From assembly GCA_964016885.1 (NCBI GenBank), contig OZ024742.1:9982001-10046000 (forward strand): DNA of 64,000 nt, given 5' to 3'. Positions within the stretch are counted from its first letter, which is position 1, and each line of letters opens with the position of its first letter. This DNA comes from Eledone cirrhosa. Its lineage: Eukaryota. The notes beneath the pieces are model-generated. The model ran no database searches. It had not been told where the DNA came from and saw only the letters and a list, made by a program, of their open reading frames with translations. The position numbers and the translations under genes were made by a program. This document shows, one piece after another, positions 29,642 to 45,850 of this stretch.

Positions 29642-30275
29642 GTGTGATGTAGAGGAAGAATAGACTCCAGGACCGGAAGTTTGAGTGATGTAGAGGAAGA
29701 ATAGACTCCAGGACCGGAAGTTTGAGTGATGTAGAGGAAGAATAAACTCCAGGACCGGAAGTTTGAGTGATGTAGAGGAAGAATGACTCCAGGACCGGAA
29801 GTTTGAGTGATGTAGAGGAAGAATGACTCCAAGACCGGAAGTTTGAGTGATGTAGAGGAAGAATGACTCCAGGACCGGAAGTTTGAGTGATGTAGAGGAA
29901 GAATAGACTCCAGGACCGGAAGTTTGAGTGATGTAGAGGAAGAATGACTACAGGACCGGAAGTTTGAGTGATATAGAGGAAGAATAGACTCCAGGACCGG
30001 AAGTTTGAGTGATGTAGAGGAAGAATAGACTCCAGGACCGGAAGTTTGAGTGATATAGAGGAAGAATGGACTCCAGGACCGGAAGTTTGAGTGATATAGA
30101 GGAATAATAGACTCCAGGACCGGAAGTTTGAGTGATATAGAGGAAGAATGACTCCAGGACCGGAAGTTTGAGTGATATAGAGGAAGAATAGACTCCAGGA
30201 CCGGAAGTTTGAGTGATATAGAGGAATAATAGACTCCAGTACTGGACCGGAAGATAGAGTGATATAGAGGAAGAT
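29642..30275. repeat. 40-41-bp minisatellite
   Basis: gtgatgtagaggaagaatagactccaggaccggaagtttga, about 15 copies. Confidence 0.92.
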
Positions 30276-32254
30276 TCGACACTAGTATTGCACTGGTACA
30301 TTTTATATGGACCTGAAAGGATCAAAATTAAACTTGATCTCGGTTCGTCTTGAACGCAGAGAGCTGGAACATATACCGCAAATCATTCTATCCCACGTTC
30401 TATCGACTCTGCCAATTCACCATCTTTAACAACAACACCAACAACAACACCACCAAATATAATATCTTTAGTTATATTTATGCCATTATCTTGACGATGG
30501 GCAGAACTATCTTTAACTATATTTTTCACGTCCATTCATTGCACTATATAATGTTTTTACATTCATTTTCTTTTTAAAAATAGACACTATAAATCATAAC
30601 TTTCTGAAAGTCAGTTTAAAATATATGTTGTTTTTTTATCTCATCTTTCTAATAATAATTTCATGACTTATTTACCATACAAACTTAGGTTTTCTTCCTT
30701 TACCGGAGCAAGCAATATTTAGCATATAATATATGAGGCTCAAAAAACACCCCTGAATCTAGAAAAAATAATTTAAAAAAAAACAGGAACAGCAACCAGA
30801 ATATAAAAAAAACAAAACAAGGATCATAATATTAGTAATTATTATTACTAATACCATTTTATTTATATATTTTATTTTTTCTTCTTATTCTTTATATATT
30901 TATTATTCATCTATTTTTTCCCGCAGAAAAGTAGATGTGTTCCTCATGTGAATTTGTCTGTTTGTCAGTATAATGACTGACATGGGTGTGAAGCTTTTGG
31001 TGAACCAATAATTAATATAATCTGCTAGACATTTATGACACCATTATTAACTGTTATTATTATTATTATCGTTATTATCATTATTACTATTGCTGTTATT
31101 GTAGTTGTAGTTGTCGTCATCGTTGTTGTTTGTATACGTTGAATCGAGCGGACGTTTATCGAAGAACACCACGAAGAAAGTAATTATTAACCGGATAACC
31201 TTCAGGAAAGATTGTTGCAGTTTTACTTTTACAGAAGGTTTTAAAGTTGTTTCAGGCTCTCGTCTCCTTCAATTACCTGAGGTTGAAGAAATATTTGTCT
31301 TCAGGCATTTTAACAGTTTCGGGGCCAAACGTCATATAGAGTATTTGTAGGCGTTTCAAGGTGACCCCTGTAGATGTAGGAGTTATGGTAGTAATTGCCC
31401 TAAGAATATAAACATATGTGTGTGTATGTATGAACTTTTAACTCCTATTAGGATCGTAGGGATTCCTTACTGACACACGAAACTCCTGAGTATTTTAAAC
31501 ATGCTGGAGCTTATTCCTCGCCAGTCAATTTCTACCAAAGAAGGAGAGAGTGTGATAGATAGGCAGAAAAAGAGAAAAACATATAGAGAAAGAATCAAGC
31601 TCAGTATTGACTTGACATTTTTGTCTATCGATCTCCAAATGATGAAAATCAAAGTTGACCTTAGCGGGATATGAACTCAGAGAGTAGAGAACCGAGACCA
31701 ATACCGCAAAACATTCTATCTGACCTTAAGACTCTGCCATTTCCACTCCTAAAATATACACATACACTCTCCCAGCATATCATAATATATCATAACATAT
31801 CACTGATATATAATAAAGAAGGTAAACAAACAAACAGTCTTCCACGATTAAACACTTATTAGTATAGGATAAAATACAGACAAAACTTGTGCGGGAAATA
31901 TTGATTGGGATGGGAGGAAGCAGTGCAAACATCAACAATAATTCCAGCTTCAACATGCTATCATTGTCAAATGTTATCGATAATAAAAGGGAGGAAGTAG
32001 ATGACCTATGCCACAAAATACAGTGCCCCCTAGTGTCACGACTTAAGCTAGTTTAATAAAGGTGGAGAGGTATATGGCATATGCCACGGAATACAAGAGT
32101 TTGGCGAGGGAAAACTCGATTAAATTGGCCCCAGTGCTTCACGGATAAATTAGTTTCATGACATCAGAAGGATTAAAGACAAGGTTGACCAGGTTTGAAT
32201 GATTCTGACAACCTGCCACCCTTCATGGGGCTAAATAATGGTTTCTGATTTAAG

Positions 32255-32440
32255 CACAAGGTCAACAATACTGAGGGAATGCAAAGTTGATTAGTTCTCC
32301 CGGTGGGATATTGGTTCTTTATGTTATCGACCCCGTAATAATGAAAGGCAAAGTTAACCTTGGGAGTATTTGAATTCAGAACGTAAAGGGCCGTAACTAT
32401 ATGCTTCAAATCATGTTTTCCGACACTACTAATTCTGACA
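32255..32440 (-). mobile_element. SINE, diverged
   Basis: tatcgaccccgtaa..tgaaaggcaaagttaacct..tttgaattcagaacgtaaagggccgtaac. Confidence 0.7.
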
Positions 32441-32489
32441 ACCCAACACACTTCATGTGACCAAATAACATCCACATATAGTGTCTTCT

Positions 32490-32930
32490 TCGTCCACTTA
32501 TTCCTGAGAAGGTCGTGGGGGCAGAGTCTTCAAACACTTCTTCCAGCGGGTCCTGTAAGAAGCAACCATCTCCAACTCATCCAACTGATCCCAAAGCGAG
32601 ATTAGCCAAGATCATGGATGTTATCCAACTATCTTGCTCAGGGTCTACCCCTGGGTCTCCTGCTGGTTGGTTTTGCCCGTAAATTCTGTCCAGCGATTCT
32701 TTCCTGAGACATTCTAACCACATGCCCATAGTATCGGAGCTGTGATCTCTCAAATCAGAGATGTAGTAGCTCTACCTGGAGTGAATCTCTAGCGACTAAC
32801 GTTACTCCAAAGACCCTTCGGAGGAACCCTATTTTGGCCGCTTGTATTTGCTATCGTATTCTTTCGGTCATCACCCACGATTCATGACTAGAGGTAATAG
32901 TTGGCACGAATAGCGAATTGAAGATAGAAA
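32490..32930 (-). mobile_element. Decayed RTE-clade LINE 3' fragment (a shorter related piece lies at ~36095-36220)
   Basis: Minus strand translates ERSQLRYYGHVVRMSQERIA..KPTSRRPRGRP. Confidence 0.75.
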
Positions 32931-34072
32931 ACATATACAGTGTGAACCATAAAAGATATATATATATATATATATAATGGTGTATAAACTCCTGTATTCA
33001 GAGCGGAAATATGACAGCTGTACAATGTACTAGATGATATTTTCAAAGATTTGACTTAACCGAAACATAATTAAAATGTTTCCTTTCTACATATTTCAAA
33101 CAGAATTAAGATCTAATAAATTGAAAGTGGAAGAAACAAAAATATATGATGCTAGACTCAAGGTTAAAATTAATAAATGTATGTATATACCTACATTTAT
33201 ACACTCACCATTATATATATATATATATCTATATATATATATATATATATATACATATATATACACATATATATATACATATATATACTCATTTACACTC
33301 ACTATTATATATATATATATATATATATATACATACATACAAGCATATACATATATATATATACATGTATACATACATACATGTGTATACACTCAACATG
33401 TTATATACAGTATATACATATATATACATATATATACATATATATACATATATATACATATATATACATGTATATATACATACATGTGTATACATTCATT
33501 TACACTCAGCATATAAATATATATATATACATATATATGGGGGCGGTTATGTTTGTGAATGTGCTTGTGTTTCAGCCTGACACACTTCCTCTGTATGTGA
33601 GCGCTAAGCGGAAAGCACTCCTTATAAATATGTTTATAACTTCACCTATCTCCAACTGTAAAAATACATGTGGTAATACTTAAGTCTTAACCTCCTATTC
33701 CATTAATTTACATTCAGCTACTATATATGTTCGTTGTTCATTTTACTTATTTCAAAAGTTTGAGTTTGTTGTTTCGGGAGGGAGGGGGGGGGGGGCATGG
33801 CCAAGACAGAAGAATGTCGTCTGCCTTCGGCATAGACCAACTCTTTACAAACATTAGATATATGTTTGAGACCTTTTGACTTTTTTATACAGCAGTGTAT
33901 TATATACACACATTAGGGTGGGATGTTTATTCCTATCATATATATATACACACACACACACTATATATATATATATATATATATATGTAGGAGGTGAGTT
34001 TTATTGTAGTACAATAAAGCAATGCAGATATCGGATAAGAAGCACTCTACAGTTTGTGGGACTGGAGTATGC

Positions 34073-35165
<1,093 letters not shown>

Positions 35166-35201
35166 TACACACACACACTCTCGCACACACACACACACAC
35201 A

Positions 35202-35288
<87 letters not shown>

Positions 35289-36264
35289 GTATATAATATA
35301 TATGTATATATATATATATATACATAATGAATCAATGGTAAACATTGATTGATTGCCAGCTGAATTAAGTGTCTAGAAATATAATATATACTGAAGCGAA
35401 AACCAGCCCAAACCAAACAGTGAGAGTGTTTTACTATATATTTCTGATAATATTATAGCAACATGACCCTTCCCAAATATAACAATATATATATATATAT
35501 ATATATTAGAAACAATCGGGGCCCAGCGGCTGAGCTGTTGCCGTTTCAGCTGTTACTTCCAGAGTACCCCAAGTATTGAGTAGTCTGTTATCAAAAGTAA
35601 CAATGGATTATCAAAATACTATTCTATTGCGTTATACGCTACAATTGTTTATACACTTAACCTTGCTTCTCAACATAACTTGCGCAATTGGTGCAATTGC
35701 TGTTTTGTATATACATATGCTGATATTGCGCAACTTTCATACAATAACAAGTCCCTGGCGTATCTCATAAACAGATTGCACATATGAACGCAATAGAACA
35801 AAACTAGATCGTATTTTTATAGCAAAGAATGGGAGTAAAATCGTATACAACTATAAAGTTAAACAATAAACTACGACGAAAATAAATATAATATCATAAT
35901 ATAAATTGGTCAGTAAAATAATATATCATAAAACAACTTAGCAGAGAAATGCGATAATAAAAATATATAACCACCAATAATAATATTTCGGCCAACACAC
36001 GTCTCTATACATGGGTAGATAAAAGTTTATATATGGCTGAAGGTTAAAGTATATCTATAGGGTAACAAACAACCAGCAGACGACCAAAGGGTGGATTACA
36101 AGCAACATAGTTGGATAGCATCCTTCAGATCGGCTGGTCTCAGCGAAATCAATTGGAGACGTTTGCTTCTGGCAGAATTACTTGAGGACTGCCCCCACAA
36201 ACCTTCCTGGGGAAGACGAACAATATATAGAAATATATATTTATAGTAATAATAATTGCAAAGA

Positions 36265-36334
<70 letters not shown>

Positions 36335-37091
36335 TTGTATTATACGCACACATATATCAGTATATATGTGTATGTGTGTGAGTTTGCGTGTGTTTGCGTG
36401 TTTGTGTTGCTATTGTTCTTGTTAGGATGCACACCTGCTAACGTTTACCTGGTCAACTATCAAGTTACCATCAATAGGAGGTTCCTTGGGTGATTTAAAG
36501 TCATACTGGTAGGTGGTGGGCTCTGAACACAGAGATGGAACAAATACCGCAGGGCATCTAATCCAACGCTCTAATGCTTCTAGCATTTCACATATGTATG
36601 TTTATGTGAGTATACGAACATGTGTGTGTGTGTGTGTGTGCAAATATGTAGAGAGGTAGATAGATAGATAAACAGGTAGGTAGATAGATAAACAGATAGA
36701 TACATACATAGACTGACAGGCAGTCAGGCAGACAGATATCTCTAACAATAGATGTACTAGAGATGTTACTATGTGTCTAAGTAGTTATCACAAATAACTG
36801 AGGGTGTAAAGGTAAATACTGTGATCAGCTGATACATACATCTCTCATTCTCTTCTCCTGAACTGTAAACATAGACAGGAGTTTTCTCCAAAACAATATG
36901 TAACTTGTCATTTACTTTCCAGTAATATAACTTTGTTTCCTTCATGAAAATACAGAGGAAAACATTAAAAAACATATTTAGAAATCTACTGAAAATGAAA
37001 TCAACTACGTATATTAACTTAGATTAAATGATATTAGACGTTATATCGGTATATAACATAGGGGATTGTGTATATAAATATATATATGTAT

Positions 37092-37126
<35 letters not shown>

Positions 37127-37164
37127 TGTGCATGCATGCGTGTGCGTAATATTATTTATGTATC

Positions 37165-37197
<33 letters not shown>

Positions 37198-37211
37198 CGT
37201 ATATACATACA

Positions 37212-37248
<37 letters not shown>

Positions 37249-37278
37249 AGATCAAAAGATGGTTAAAAGAGTTCCAAG

Positions 37279-37349
37279 TATTTTATTATGCGCATTTCAA
37301 AAACAAATATCATCATGGGATGATATTTGCGTTCTCATCAGATAAAATA
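37279..37349 (-). ncRNA. Hammerhead of the same family as 34302-34372, in element 37241-37405
   Basis: Reverse complement reads tattttat-CTGATGA-gaacgcaaatatcat ccc atgatgatatttgttttt-GAAA-tgcgca-TA-ataaaata. Confidence 0.82.
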
Positions 37350-37649
37350 GGGAGACATGATATAAAGCTTAAAAAACACTTGCGAGCAGTGAAGTGTTAA
37401 ATCTACACACATATATAAATATATATATATATACATATATATATATACACATATATTATACATGTATGTGTTTGTACATTTATGTGTGTGTGCATGTATG
37501 AACCTTGATACCTATCTGCAATAACTAGCATTGAAACACAGTCCAAACACTACAACTCAAGTCTTTCACTAGAACCTATCCGTCATTCCTTCCATTCTTA
37601 CCATTCTTCAAATTCTAACGACACATCTCCTATAGATTATTATAGATAA

Positions 37650-38322
37650 GGGCGGGGGATTGGCAGTATCGGGAGAGAGTCGGACACCATGCTTTCCACC
37701 ATATAGTTACGTCCCTTTACGGTCTGCGTTCAAATCCCGCCGAGGTTAACTTTGCCTTTCATCCTTACGGGGTCGATAAAATAAAGTACCAGTAATACAC
37801 TGAGTAATTGCTGGCCTTGTGCCAAAAGTAGAAACAATTATTAGATGAAAAACAGGAATTTTTATATCATGCCGTTGCAAATTCTTCTTCTTCTCCTCCA
37901 TCTTGTTGGCAGGTGAGAGAACATACTTGGGACATTGAGTGGCGGCTCTTTACGTTCTCAGTTCAAATCACGTCGACGTTAGCTTTGCCTTTCATTCTTA
38001 CGGGGTTGATAAAATAGGTACCAGTAATGTACTGGTGTCGTTATAATTGATTTCTCCTTCCACAAAAATTGTTGGCCTTGTGCCTAAACAAATAATTATT
38101 ATCATCAGGGTGGTAGATTGGCTGTATCGTTAGAGGGTCGGACGCCATGCTTTGTAGCATAGAGTTACGGCCCTTTACGGTCTGAGTTCAAATCACGCCG
38201 AGGTTAACTTTGCCTTTCATCCACACGAGGTCGATAAAATAAAGTACCAGTAATGTACTGGGTTCGATTTATTCGACTTGCCACTTGCCCAAAATTGCTG
38301 GCATTGTACCTATATAAGAAAC
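37650..38322 (+). mobile_element. Three SINE copies in tandem orientation (37650-37842, ~37905-38098, 38108-38322)
   Basis: Each has a gttcaaatc B-box and the ctttgcctttcat..gataaaata.gtaccagtaat core. Confidence 0.85.
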
Positions 38323-38324
38323 CA

Positions 38325-39935
38325 TCATCATCATCATTGTCATCTTCTTAACCGTCGTCGTCGTCATCATCATCATCAGCATCATCACCATCACCACCAC
38401 CATCACCACCACCATCACCACCACCACCACCATCACCACCACCATCACCACCATCAGCACCTCCATCACCACCATCACCACCACCACCACCATCACCACC
38501 ACCATCACCACCATCAGCACCTCCATCACCACCATCACCACCACCACCACAATCACCACCATCATCACCACCACCACCACCACTACCACCATCGCCATCA
38601 CCACTACCACCACCACCACTACCTCCACCACCACCACTAACTCGACCACCACCACCACCACCACCACCACCACCACCACCACCACCACCACCACCACCAC
38701 CAACACCACCACCACCACCACCACCACTACCACCACCACCATCACCACCACCACTACCATCACCATCACCATCACCATCACCACCACCACTACCTCCACC
38801 ACCACCACTAACTCGACCACCACCACCACCACCACCACCATCACCACCACCACCACCACCACCACTACCTCCACCACCACCACCACCACCACCACCACTA
38901 CCACCACCACCATCACCACCACCACTACCATCACCACCACCACTACCTCCACCACCACCACTAACTCGACCACCACCACCATCATCACCACAACCATCAC
39001 TACCACCATCACCACCACCATCACCACCATCAGCACCACCATCACCACCATCACCACCACCACCACAATCACCACCATCAACACCACCACCACCACTACC
39101 ACCATCACCATCACCACCACCACCACCACTACCTCCACCACCACCACTAACTCGACCACCACCACCACCACCACCACCACCACCACCACCAGCACCAGCA
39201 CCACCATCACCACCACCACCAACAACAACAACACCACCACCACCACCACCATCATCACCACCACCACCATCATCACCACCACCACCACCACCACCACCAC
39301 CACCACCACCACCATCATCACCAACACCACCACCACCACCACCACCACCATCACCACCACCACCACCACCACCACCACCATCACCACCATCACCACCACC
39401 ACCACCACCACCATCACCACCATCACCACCACCACCACCACCACCACCACCACCACCACCATCACCACCATCACCACCACCACCACCACCACCACCACCA
39501 CCACCACCACCACCACAACCACCACCACCACCACCACCACCACCACCACCACCACCATCACCACCACCACCACCACCACCACCACCATCACCACCATCAC
39601 CACCACCACCACCACCACCATCACCACCATCACCACCACCACCACCACCACCACCACCACCACCACCATCACCACCATCACCACCACCACCACCACCACC
39701 ACCACCACCACCACCATCACCACCACCACCACCACCACCACCACCACCATCACCACCATCACCACCACCACCACCATCACCAACATCACCACCACCACCA
39801 CCACCACCACCAACACCACCACCACCACCACCACCACCATCACTACCACCACCACCATCACCACCACCATCACCACCACAACCACCACCAACACCACCAC
39901 CACCACCAACACCACCACCATCACCACCACTACCT
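38325..39935. repeat. (ACC/ATC)n microsatellite
   Basis: Direct reading. Confidence 0.95.
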
Positions 39936-40029
39936 CCCCAAACATAGTTCATCTACTATATTCGTACATTTGTTTCATTTTATATTCACTTTGTGAATGT
40001 TATTTTTTCTGGGGTTTTTTCAGTGTTTA

Positions 40030-41785
40030 GATCTTTCTTTCTCTCTTTCTTCCTCTCTTTCTTTCTCTCTTTCTTTCTCTCTTTCTTCCTCTCTTTCGTC
40101 CTCTCTTTCTTTCTCTCGTTCTTCCTCTCTTTCTTCCTCTCTTTCTTTCTCTCTTTCTTTCTCTCTTTCTTCCTCTCTTTCTTTCTCTCTTTCTTCTCTT
40201 TCTTTCTCTCTTTCTTCCTCTCTTTCTTTCTCTCTTTCTTCGTCTCTTTCTCTCTCTCTTCCTTTCTCTCTTTTTTCCTCTCTTTCTTTCTCTCTTTCTT
40301 CCTATCTTTCTTCCTCTCTTTATTCTTCTCTTTCTTTCTTCCTCTCTTTCTTCCTCTCTTTCTTTCTCTCTTTCTTTCTCTCTTTCTTCTCTCTTTCTTC
40401 CTCTCTTTCTTTCTCTCTTTCTTTCTCTCTTTCTTTCTGTCTTCCTTTCTCTCTTTCTTCCTCTCTTTCTTTCTCTCTTTCTTCCTATCTTTCTTCCTCT
40501 CTTTATTCTTCTCTTTCTTTCTTCCTCTCTTTCTTCCTCTCTTTATTATTCTCTTTCTTTCTTCCTCTCTTTCTTTCTCTCTTTCTTCGTCTCTTTCTTT
40601 CTCTCTTTCTTCCTCTCTTTCTTCTTCTCTTTCTTTCTCTCTTTCTTTCTCTCTTTCTTCGTCTCTTTCTTTCTCTCTTTCTTCCTCTCTTTCTTCTTCT
40701 CTTTCTTTCTCTCTTTCTTTCTCTCTTTCTTCCTCTCTTTCTTTCTCTCTTTCTTTCTCTCTTTCTTCTTCTCTTTCTTTCTCTCTTTCTTCTTCTCTTT
40801 CTTCCTCTCTTTCTCTCTTTCTTCCTCTCTTTCTTTCTCTCTTTCTTCCTCTCTTTCTTCTTCTCTTTCTTTCTCTCTTTCTTTCTCTCTTTCTTACTCT
40901 CTTTCTTTCTCTCTTTCTTTCTCTCTTTCTTTCTCTCTTTCTTCCTCTCTTTCTTCCTCTCTTTTTTCTATCTTCCCTTCTCTCTTTCTTCCTCTCTTTC
41001 TTCCTCTCTTTCTTCTTCTCTTTCTTTCTCTCTTTCTTCCTCTCTTTCTTCGTCTCTTTCTTTCTCTCTTCCTCTCTCTCTTTCTTTCTCTCTTTCTTTC
41101 TCTCTTCCTCTCTCTCTTTCTTTCTCTCTTTCTTTCTCTCTTTCTTTCTCTCTTCCTCTCTTTCTTCCTCTCTTTCTTTCTCTCTTTCTTCCTCTCTTTC
41201 TTCTTCTCTTTCTTTCTCTCTTTCTTTCCCTCTTTCTTCCTCTCTTTCTGTCTCTCTTTCTTCCTCTCTTTCTTCCTCTCTTTCTTTCTCTCTTTCTTCG
41301 TCTCTTTCTTTCTCTCTTCCTCTCTCTCTTTATTTCTCTCTTTCTTTCTCTCTTTCTTTCTCTCTTTCTTCCTCTCTTTCTTCCTCTCTTTCTTTCTCTC
41401 TTTCTTCCTCTCTTTCTTTCCCTCTTTCTTCCTCTCTTTCTTCCTCTCTTTCTTTCCCTATTTCTTCCTCCCTTTCTTCCTCTCTTTCTTCCTCTCTTTC
41501 TTTCTCTCTTTTTTCTCTCTTCCCTTCTCTCTTTCTTCCTCTCCTTCTTCTTCTCTTCCCTTCTCTCTTTCTTCCTCTCTTTCTTTCTCTCTTTCTTCGT
41601 CTCTTTCTTTCTCCCTTCCTCTCTCTCTTTCTTTCTCTCTTTCTTCCTCTCTTTCTGTCTCTCTTTCTTCCTCTCTTTCTTTCCCTCTTTCTTCCTCTCT
41701 TTCTTCCTCTCTTTCTTTCCCTATTTCTTCCTCTCTTTCTTCCTCTCTTTCTTTCCCTATTTCTTCCTCCCTTTCTTCCTCTCTG
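40030..41785. repeat. Polypyrimidine tract built from ~12-bp ctctctttct(t/tc) units
   Basis: Direct reading. Confidence 0.95.
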
Positions 41786-41933
41786 CTCTACTCCATACCA
41801 CAAAGTAACCAACTGATGTAGATGTGTAGACTGCCTGCATCATCACACTCGCTTCTGGATACCTCCCCACACCTCGCAGCCATTCTTTACCTCTCACTCT
41901 ATATCTCTGTATATTTATTGATGTATATGTATG

Positions 41934-42020
<87 letters not shown>

Positions 42021-42341
42021 TCATACACACATATATATATATATGGAGAGAGAGATATTATGTATAATTACACACACGCACACACACACACACACACATG
42101 CACACACTGGCGAGCACACACATACACACACAGACACACACACACATATATATATATACATATATATATGCTAATGTATATATACACATATATATGGAGA
42201 GAGAGATACATAGAGAGAGGAGATATAATGTATAATTACACACACACACACACATACATACACACACACACATATATATATATATATACTTTCCATATAC
42301 TGTACCGATTGTATTATTATTTCTGTTTACCTTTTACATAT

Positions 42342-42398
<57 letters not shown>

Positions 42399-42554
42399 TA
42401 CATATATATATATACATATATATATACATATATATATATACATATATAGAATGTGCCAATATATACGCACACATAAAATATTTACTTCTAAAGATATATA
42501 TACAGATATTTTCTACTACGGATATTTATTTAAAATACAAATCATGTTCCTATA

Positions 42555-42634
42555 TCTGCACATAATATAAAAACATATACACCCAATTCAGGCAATTTGA
42601 AATATACATTCATATGCACACATATGTACACAGA

Positions 42635-42665
<31 letters not shown>

Positions 42666-42923
42666 ATACAATAACAGAGATAGTTTAAAGCTAAACTATG
42701 CAGGCAAATTTAAATATGCTCTCATATGAACACATATATACGCACATATATATGCATATATACACACTCAGAATTGAAAGAAATACAAATAGGAACATAT
42801 TTTGTATTTGTATTTCTTTCAATTCTGTGTGTGTATATATGCATATATATGTGCATATATATGTGCGTATATATGTGTTCATATATGTGTTTATATATGA
42901 GCATATTTAAATTCGCCTGCATA

Positions 42924-42955
<32 letters not shown>

Positions 42956-43223
42956 GATATATTAACAAATGGAAACTATATTTATAAAACCATATTTATT
43001 TCATTATACATATTTCAAGGACGCTAAGTTAAATTATGGTGTGCTTTCATCAGATAAAATATAACAGTAATGGTCGCATTCTTTAAGGGTATGTCAATAT
43101 TTATTTATAAAACTGCTCTATATTATATTTTATCTGATGAAAGCACACTGAGTACATATGTGTGCATATGGATGTATATTTCAAATTGCCTGAATTGGGT
43201 GTATATGTTTTTATATTATGTGC

Positions 43224-43254
<31 letters not shown>

Positions 43255-43340
43255 CATACTGATATATTATGAGTACATATGGATGTATATTTGAAGTTGC
43301 CTTAATTGGTTGTATATATTTGTATATTATGTGCATATAT
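42555..43340. repeat. Nested inverted repeats (42695-42925 palindrome; 42557-42628 versus 43152-43223)
   Basis: actatgcaggcaaatttaaatatgctc / gagcatatttaaattcgcctgcatagt; outer pair cacccaattcaggcaatttgaaat / atttcaaattgcctgaattgggtg. Confidence 0.8.
42998..43060 (-). ncRNA. Degenerate hammerhead-like motif
   Basis: Reverse complement attttat-CTGATGA-aag..ctt-GAAA-tatgta-TA-atgaaat; stem II poorly paired. Confidence 0.45.
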
Positions 43341-43484
43341 ATATGCAGATATGTGCATGTGTGTATGCAACTGTGCCAAGATAAAATTCAGTGTAGAGAC
43401 ATCTGTTTTGTGTTAAGTTTCACTTGTGCATTAATTACATATCTCACTAGACATCTCTTTATTTGCTAACTTGTTGCTCTTCTT

Positions 43485-43527
43485 TTGTCGTTGTTATTGT
43501 TGTTGATATTGTTGTTGTTGTTGTTGA

Positions 43528-43562
<35 letters not shown>

Positions 43563-43582
43563 CTGTCGTTGTTGTCGTTGTT

Positions 43583-43632
<50 letters not shown>

Positions 43633-43839
43633 TGCTTATGTTGTTGTTGTTGTTGATGATGTTGATGTTGTTGATGTTGTTGTTGATGCTGTCGTTGTTG
43701 TTGTTGTTATTGTTGTTGATGTTGCTGTTGTTGTTGATGTTGTTGTTGTTGATGCTGTCGTTGTTGTTGATGTTGTTGTTGTTGTTGTCGTTGTTGTCGT
43801 TGTTATTGCTGTTGATGTTGTTGTTGATGTTGTTATTGC

Positions 43840-43897
<58 letters not shown>

Positions 43898-43927
43898 ATT
43901 GTTGTTGATGTTGTTGTTGATGCTGTC

Positions 43928-43958
<31 letters not shown>

Positions 43959-44014
43959 TTGTCGTTGTTGTCGTTGTTATTGTTGTTGATGTTGTTGTTG
44001 ATGTTGTTATTGCT

Positions 44015-44085
<71 letters not shown>

Positions 44086-44098
44086 TGTTGATGCTGTC

Positions 44099-44130
<32 letters not shown>

Positions 44131-44190
44131 CGTTGATATCGTTGTTATTGTTGTTGATGTCGTTGATATCGTTGTTATTGTTGTTGATGT

Positions 44191-44221
<31 letters not shown>

Positions 44222-44224
44222 ATC

Positions 44225-44267
<43 letters not shown>

Positions 44268-44268
44268 C

Positions 44269-44300
<32 letters not shown>

Positions 44301-44308
44301 ATGATGTC

Positions 44309-44340
<32 letters not shown>

Positions 44341-44362
44341 CGTTGATGTCGTTGTTATTGTC

Positions 44363-44393
<31 letters not shown>

Positions 44394-44488
44394 ATGATGT
44401 TGATGTTGTTGATGTTGTTGTTGATGCTGTCGTTGTTGTTGTTGTTGTTGTTGATGTTGCTGTTGTTGTTGTTGTTGTTGAAGCTGTC

Positions 44489-44519
<31 letters not shown>

Positions 44520-44568
44520 TTGTTGTCGTTGTTATTGTTGTTGATGTTGTTGTTGATGTTGTTATTGC

Positions 44569-44615
<47 letters not shown>

Positions 44616-44700
44616 TTGTTGTTGATGCTGTTGTTGTTGTTGATGCTGTCGTTGTTGTTGATGTTGTTGTTGTTGATGTCGTTGATATCGTTGTTGATGT

Positions 44701-44752
<52 letters not shown>

Positions 44753-44793
44753 ATCGTTGTTGTTGTTGTTGTTGTTGTTGTTGTTGCTGATGC

Positions 44794-44832
<39 letters not shown>

Positions 44833-44839
44833 TGCTGTC

Positions 44840-44870
<31 letters not shown>

Positions 44871-44875
44871 CTGTC

Positions 44876-44912
<37 letters not shown>

Positions 44913-45850
44913 TTGCAGCTGATGTCGTTTTTCTTGTTACTGTTGGTGGTAGTGGTGGTGGTAAGGTTGGTGGTGGTGGGGTTGATGCCGCTGGTGGTGG
45001 TGGGGGTGATGGTGGTGTTGGTGGTGGTGGGGTTGATGGTGATGCCGATGGTGGGGGTGGGGGTGGTGTGGGGGTGGGGGTGGGGTGGGGGTGGGGTTGA
45101 TGGTGATGCCGCTGGTGGGGGTGATGGTGGTGTCGGTGGTGGTGGTAGGATTGATGGTGGTGGTGAGGGGGTTGATGGTGATGCCGCTTGTGGTGGTGAT
45201 GGTGGTGGTGGTGGTGGTGGTGGTGGTGGTGGTGGGGTTGATGGTGATGCCGCTGGTGGTGGTGGTAGGGTTGGTGGTGGTGGTGCCGCTGGTGGTGGTG
45301 GTGCCGCTGGTGGTGGTGGTGGTGGTGGTGGTGGTGGTAGGGCTGGTGGTGGTGGTGCCGCTGGTGGTAGGGTTGGTGGTGGTGGGGTTGATGGTGATGC
45401 CGCTGGTGGTGTTGGTGGTGGTGGTGGTGGTGGTGGTGGTGGTGGGGTTGTTGTTGGTGGTGGTAGGGTTGGTGGTGGTGGGGTTGATGGTGATGCCGCT
45501 GGTGGTGGTGGTGGTGGTGGTGGTGGTGGTGGTGGTAGGGCTGGTGGTGGTGGTGCCGCTGGTGGTAGGGTTGGTGGTGGTGGGGTTGATGGTGATGCCG
45601 CTGGTGGTGTTGGTGGTGGTGTTGGTGGTGGTGGTGGTGGTGGTGGTGGTGGTGTTGGTGGTGGTGGGGTTGTTGTTGGTGGTGGTAGGGTTGGTGGTGG
45701 TGGGGTTGATGGTGATGCCGCTGGTGGTGGTGGTGGTAGGGTTGGTGGTGGTGGTGGTGGTGGTGCCGCTGGTGGTGGTGGTGGTGCCGCTGGTGGTGGT
45801 GGTGGTGCCGCTGGTGATGATGTAGGGTTGGTGGTGATGATGATGGTGGT
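43485..45850. repeat. (GTT/GAT)n followed by (GGT)n with gatgccgct units
   Basis: Direct reading; switch near 44940. Confidence 0.95.

Noticed and set aside
29642-30275. CRISPR-like periodic repeat
   Set aside because: Units are contiguous with no unique spacers, there are no cas genes, and the context is eukaryotic
31860-32060. Possible host exon
   Set aside because: Short open frame with no recognisable homology or partner exons
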